59,504 nucleotides of DNA from an uncultured bacterium. Its GTDB lineage: Bacteria; UBP7; UBA6624. Shown piece by piece: positions 55,706 through 59,504 of this stretch. The stretch lies in contig CAZDPU010000005.1 in NCBI GenBank assembly GCA_964507645.1, forward strand, positions 1 to 59,504, given 5' to 3'. Made by a program: the position numbers and the translations under genes. The stretch's first letter is position 1. Each line of letters starts with the position of its first letter. Under the pieces are notes generated by a model. That model saw nothing but the letters and a program-made list of their open reading frames with translations, made no database searches and was not told the DNA's origin.

Positions 55706-56880
55706 ACCTCAACAATCAAAGAAATTCCCTGGCCTCCCCCGATACACATTGAAATAAGGCCCAGGCCTCCACCATCAAGAATTTTCAATTGCCTCAAACA
55801 AGTCAAGGTCAATCTTGAACCCGTGGCACCCAAAGGATGTCCAATTGCAGTTGCCCCACCCCAAGAATTTGTTATATCTCTATTTAAATTTAATCCTTTT
55901 TCTACTGCAATATATTGAGGGACAAAAGCTTCATTTATTTCAACCCTTTTCAAATCCTTTACAGAACATCCTGCAACGCTCAATGCCTTTTCACTGCTTG
56001 GAACAGGACCATAACCCATCCTGTCAGGGCTTACTCCAGCGTGTCCCCATGAAACAAGGCTTCCCATGATTCTCAGATTTCTTTTTTTAGCCTCTTCCTC
56101 TTTCATCATCACAAGAGCACAAGCTCCATCAACAACCCCACTTGCAGTTCCAGCAGTGACAGTACCATTTTCCTTAAAAACAGACCTAAGCCTAGCCAAA
56201 GACTCTAAATTTGTATTTGCCTTGGGGTGTTCATCATTTTCAACTAACTTAGCACGTTTTCCTTTTCCAACCTCTATAGGCTCTATCTCATCATTGAAAT
56301 AACCACCAGCTAAAGCTTTTTGATACCTTTCCTGTGTTAAAACAGCAAATTCTTCACATTCTTCCCTTGATATAGAAAAGTCTTCTGCAAGATTTTCTGC
56401 AGTTATTGCCATTGGTAATTTGCAATAACCATCAGTAAGGCTGTCCCAAAGAAAATCCCTTAATTCAAGTGATCCCCACTTTTGTCCAGACCTGATTCCA
56501 TGAGTGTAATGAAATGCCCTACTCATCGACTCCGTTCCCCCAACTAAAACAACATCAGCATCTCCTCTTTCCAGGAGATATGCACCTTGAACAATTGACT
56601 CAGCTCCCGAACCACACAAGCGATTAACTGTAAGCGCAGGTTTTTCTATCGGGATCCCTGAATTTAATCCAATATGCCTCGCACAATAATAAGCATTACT
56701 GTCAGTTTGACCAACCATTCCAAAAATACAGGCATCAAATTCTGAAGGATCAACTCCAGAATCCTTAATTGCAGCTTTTGCAGCATGTGAACCTAAGTCA
56801 TTAGCAGGAACCCTAGCCAAACTTTCTAAATATGCACCAAATGGCGTTCTCTTGCCTCCAACAAAAACAACTCTACTCAT
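55702..56880 (-). CDS. Acetyl-CoA C-acetyltransferase (thiolase II)
   Basis: Active-site NRLCGSG, NEAF, GHPLGATG and CIGGGQG. Confidence 0.93.
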   Translation of the reverse strand: MSRVVFVGGKRTPFGAYLESLARVPANDLGSHAAKAAIKDSGVDPSEFDACIFGMVGQTDSNAYYCARHIGLNSGIPIEKPALTVNRLCGSGAESIVQGAYLLERGDADVVLVGGTESMSRAFHYTHGIRSGQKWGSLELRDFLWDSLTDGYCKLPMAITAENLAEDFSISREECEEFAVLTQERYQKALAGGYFNDEIEPIEVGKGKRAKLVENDEHPKANTNLESLARLRSVFKENGTVTAGTASGVVDGACALVMMKEEEAKKRNLRIMGSLVSWGHAGVSPDRMGYGPVPSSEKALSVAGCSVKDLKRVEINEAFVPQYIAVEKGLNLNRDITNSWGGATAIGHPLGATGSRLTLTCLRQLKILDGGGLGLISMCIGGGQGISLIVEV

Positions 56881-56892
56881 ATCAATATCTCC

Positions 56893-57483
56893 TTATGAAA
56901 ATCTCTCCTCTTTCCAAGGGTCTCCCTTATTATGATACCCTCTAAGCTCCCAAAAACCTAATTTTTTTTCTTTCATTACTTCAATCCCTGAAGCCCATTT
57001 TGCACTTTTCCACAAATAAAGATGAGGTATTAAAAACCTTATTGGCCCACCATGCTCGTGACTTATGCCAGAATCATTATGCTTCCAAGCAATAATGCTT
57101 GAGTCTAACAAAGCGTCTTGCATCTCTATATTTGTTGAATATCCAACTAATCCATAACACATAATCTGTTTTGAATCGCTCTTGCAACCTACCTTTTTTA
57201 AAATTTTCGATAAACGAACCCCCTCCCAGTCATTGTCAAGAAGGCTCCAATGAGTTACACAATGAACATCCGCATTGACCTGGATCGGATCCAGCTTTAA
57301 AAGATCCTTAAAAGAAAATTCTCTTGGCTCTAAAACATTCCCGTAAACCCTCATCTTCCATGTATCGGAATTTATAAAACCTTCTGGGGGGTTAACATCC
57401 AACCTAGGCCATTTTTTCACAACATTCTGACCTGGAGGCACCCTAGACGTCTTGTTCCTGTAAACAAAAAGCTCTTTACTCAT
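56893..57483 (-). CDS. Sulfite-oxidase-family molybdopterin-binding domain protein (small, no signal peptide)
   Basis: PPGQ..., DVHCVTHWS..WEGV, HGGPIRFLIP.LY.WKSAKW and GFWE..GYH..GDPW.EERF. Confidence 0.85.
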   Translation of the reverse strand: MSKELFVYRNKTSRVPPGQNVVKKWPRLDVNPPEGFINSDTWKMRVYGNVLEPREFSFKDLLKLDPIQVNADVHCVTHWSLLDNDWEGVRLSKILKKVGCKSDSKQIMCYGLVGYSTNIEMQDALLDSSIIAWKHNDSGISHEHGGPIRFLIPHLYLWKSAKWASGIEVMKEKKLGFWELRGYHNKGDPWKEERFS

Positions 57484-57931
57484 AAATATTTCTAAGAATC
57501 TGAATAGGTGGATTTATTAATACAAAATCTCCATAATCCAGAGTTGGAATAACTCTCCTCCCCAATGAAACAAGAAGAACCTCTTTCAAATAGCCTTCAT
57601 CAGAATCTATATCTAGAGAATTCCAATGTATATTTTTTTGAGAAAAATATCTTTTCAAGACATGACAATCTCCACACCAATCGGTTGTGTATACATTTAA
57701 ATCTTTTTTTTTCAAAACACCAACTTCTCTTTTCTTTTCCGCAGAAAACCCACACAAATCAAGACCTTTCAAATTCGGGAAAAGACCAATCGGTCTTGAA
57801 ATATCCCCAAGAACCCCCAAAGGAAACAATGGGTTCCATCTTTTTTTTAATTTTTTTATAGATGCTCTCAAAATTTGAGAAATATCCTTATTTTCTAAGT
57901 CTTTTTCGTCTATTATGCTGATTTTTTCCAT
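57476..57931 (-). CDS. Glutaredoxin/NrdH-like thioredoxin-fold protein (CGDC) with ~75-aa unknown N-terminal region
   Basis: VYTTDWCGDCHVLKRYF...IPTL follows a glutaredoxin-like pattern. It overlaps the downstream Mo-domain gene by 8 nt. Confidence 0.65.
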   Translation of the reverse strand: MEKISIIDEKDLENKDISQILRASIKKLKKRWNPLFPLGVLGDISRPIGLFPNLKGLDLCGFSAEKKREVGVLKKKDLNVYTTDWCGDCHVLKRYFSQKNIHWNSLDIDSDEGYLKEVLLVSLGRRVIPTLDYGDFVLINPPIQILRNIYE

Positions 57932-57963
57932 GACTTAAATCCTACTATCATTAAAATCTGAAT

Positions 57964-59504
57964 ATGCTTTTTTTTGAATACTTCTTCATGCCCTGTGTTT
58001 CAGAAATTGAAATCAATAAAAACAACTTGATAAAAGGGTCTTCAGTATGCATTGTAGAAAAATCAAACACTGATGTTGATTTCTATATTTCCGAAAAAAT
58101 TGAAATAGATGAAATTTTTTTCACCAGGGGGGGAACAAATTTATATTATGAAAAAAAAGAATCAGATAATGATTTGAATGGGTGGTTTTTGCCTTCTGTT
58201 CCTGAAGGGCTTTATGAAATAACCATTAATTATTCTGGGTTTTTTTCTGAGAAAAATAATTCATATCATGAACTAGATATGAAAAAAGGTTTTGTTCCAC
58301 TTCATACAAAAGAGGGGGACTGCATGACCCTCAACTTAAAAACCTTAGAAGGTTTCATTGTGAATTCTTTCGAAGATAACGGGTCTTTGGTTTTTCTTTG
58401 TGATATAGAAAATAAAATATTCCAACTATCTGGGGATGAAGAAGTCATTGAATATGAAAACCTCCAAATAATAACAACAAAATCAAAATCGGTTCATCAA
58501 TCTTGGCCAAATAAAATATCTGAAAAAATAAATATAGTTGAAGGGCAAATGGGCTTCATGAACAAAGACAAATTGATTTTACTAGAAGGGAATAGCTGGT
58601 TTAGTCAAAAAGGAGTTATCGTTATTCCGGAAAACTACCTTGAAAACAATCTAAGGTTCTCAGAAATATCAAAACATCTAACATACCAATGGAAAGATGT
58701 AAAAAAACCTATTGAAAATGATCCTGTTGGAAGAGTCGTTCATTCTTATATCGATGAAAAAACTACACCCCTCTCTAGAAGAATTGGGGATAGAGCGCAC
58801 CTTCAAAAAACAAATGGCAAAGACACCCTCAGACTTCAAGGTGTTTTTTTTGAATATGAAAAAAAATACCAACAAAAAAAATGTGAAGAGACATCTTGGC
58901 CTTTTGCTAGGTTATTAAAAACAAAAGTTGCAAGACTCGCAGACGGCTATGAAACATCTATACATTTCGACTGGGATGGAAAATGTACACCGATATTAAA
59001 TATAAAAATATCCAATAGTAAAAATATCCTTGAAAACAACATTACGTTATATCCTGGAACATCTGTACACAAAATGACATCTAAATGGATTCCAAGATAT
59101 TTAGAAATCGATCCAGAAGGCTTTTTTCCAGGAGGGTTAGAAAGAGACAAATCTACACCTCTTCTTTTTGAATCACTTGCTTCAAAAAACACTACCGAAT
59201 GGACACAACCAATAGGGATGATTGCGTCTATAGGTCCAGGAGGAATATCCTGGCCTGATAAAAAATCAATACAACTTCCTGATGGGAGTCTTAGAGAGTG
59301 GAATCAAGAAAGCTTATTATTGATCGCCTCAAAGAATGAAACTTTCATAATCTCATCAAGCAAAAGAAAACTGCCAGAAATAGATACGCCTCTCCTTGAT
59401 TGGGGCTGGGTTTTCTTTGAAGAAGAAAAACCTATAAGATGGGGAACAAACACGGGATCTAAAATGTATAAATTGCCAATTCCAGAAATATTTTCCTGGG
59501 GAAA
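57964..59504 (+). CDS. Large hypothetical protein, 5' part only (at least 513 aa, runs off the window end)
   Basis: I translated the whole stretch codon by codon. The ATG at 57964 is preceded by an in-frame TGA at 57958, and there is no stop through 59504. It is absent from the ORF track, presumably because it is unterminated. Only short ORFs lie on the opposite strand here. Confidence 0.75.
   Translation, partial: MLFFEYFFMPCVSEIEINKNNLIKGSSVCIVEKSNTDVDFYISEKIEIDEIFFTRGGTNLYYEKKESDNDLNGWFLPSVPEGLYEITINYSGFFSEKNNSYHELDMKKGFVPLHTKEGDCMTLNLKTLEGFIVNSFEDNGSLVFLCDIENKIFQLSGDEEVIEYENLQIITTKSKSVHQSWPNKISEKINIVEGQMGFMNKDKLILLEGNSWFSQKGVIVIPENYLENNLRFSEISKHLTYQWKDVKKPIENDPVGRVVHSYIDEKTTPLSRRIGDRAHLQKTNGKDTLRLQGVFFEYEKKYQQKKCEETSWPFARLLKTKVARLADGYETSIHFDWDGKCTPILNIKISNSKNILENNITLYPGTSVHKMTSKWIPRYLEIDPEGFFPGGLERDKSTPLLFESLASKNTTEWTQPIGMIASIGPGGISWPDKKSIQLPDGSLREWNQESLLLIASKNETFIISSSKRKLPEIDTPLLDWGWVFFEEEKPIRWGTNTGSKMYKLPIPEIFSWG

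Noticed and set aside
58540-58780. Possible degenerate M1-aminopeptidase motifs in the partial ORF (GQMGFMN against GAMEN; KHLTYQW against HELAHQW)
   Set aside because: Both catalytic His and the Glu would be substituted, the downstream Glu spacing does not fit (about 28 against 23 residues), and the resemblance rests on a few residues. That is insufficient without a profile search.

Overview
This is an AT-rich bacterial chromosome segment (about one-third G+C by eye, not computed) that is unusually compact. I call 56 protein-coding genes and 4 tRNAs. By my hand tally only about 600 nt (~1%) lies outside called genes. The largest spacer is 69 nt, and 1-, 4- and 8-nt start/stop overlaps are common. 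Three convergent gene pairs overlap at their 3' ends.

Most of the content is core housekeeping, almost all on the minus strand:
- tRNA(Tyr-Gly-Thr)-tuf-rpmG-secE-nusG-rplKAJL-rpoBC
- rpsB-tsf-pyrH-frr-uppS-cdsA-rseP-(GT2)-rimP-nusA-infB-rbfA-nrnA
- lptB-lptF/G-rsmI
- kdsC plus an LptC-like gene
- carB-pyrK
- msrPQ, gltX, hflX and a detached fusA

The LPS-transport genes indicate a diderm. The housekeeping proteins are fairly divergent (EF-Tu has small inserts, RpoC is 1641 aa), so I cannot assign a lineage from sequence alone.

I saw no rRNA, CRISPR array, transposase or integrase, and no clear-cut novel multi-gene system. The features most worth follow-up are:
- a 921-aa cyclase-like/NB-ARC/TPR STAND NTPase wedged between two glycosylation genes
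- ~60-aa acidic C-terminal tails on both L11 and RpoB, and large RpoC insertions
- a lipoprotein tetraheme cytochrome
- an overlapping pair of a cytoplasmic Mo-oxidoreductase domain and a glutaredoxin-like protein
- two atypical tandem cyclophilins
- a three-gene plus-strand island of unknown function
- an orphan plus-strand-oriented terminator hairpin
- an open-ended ORF of at least 513 aa at the 3' edge that is missing from the ORF track
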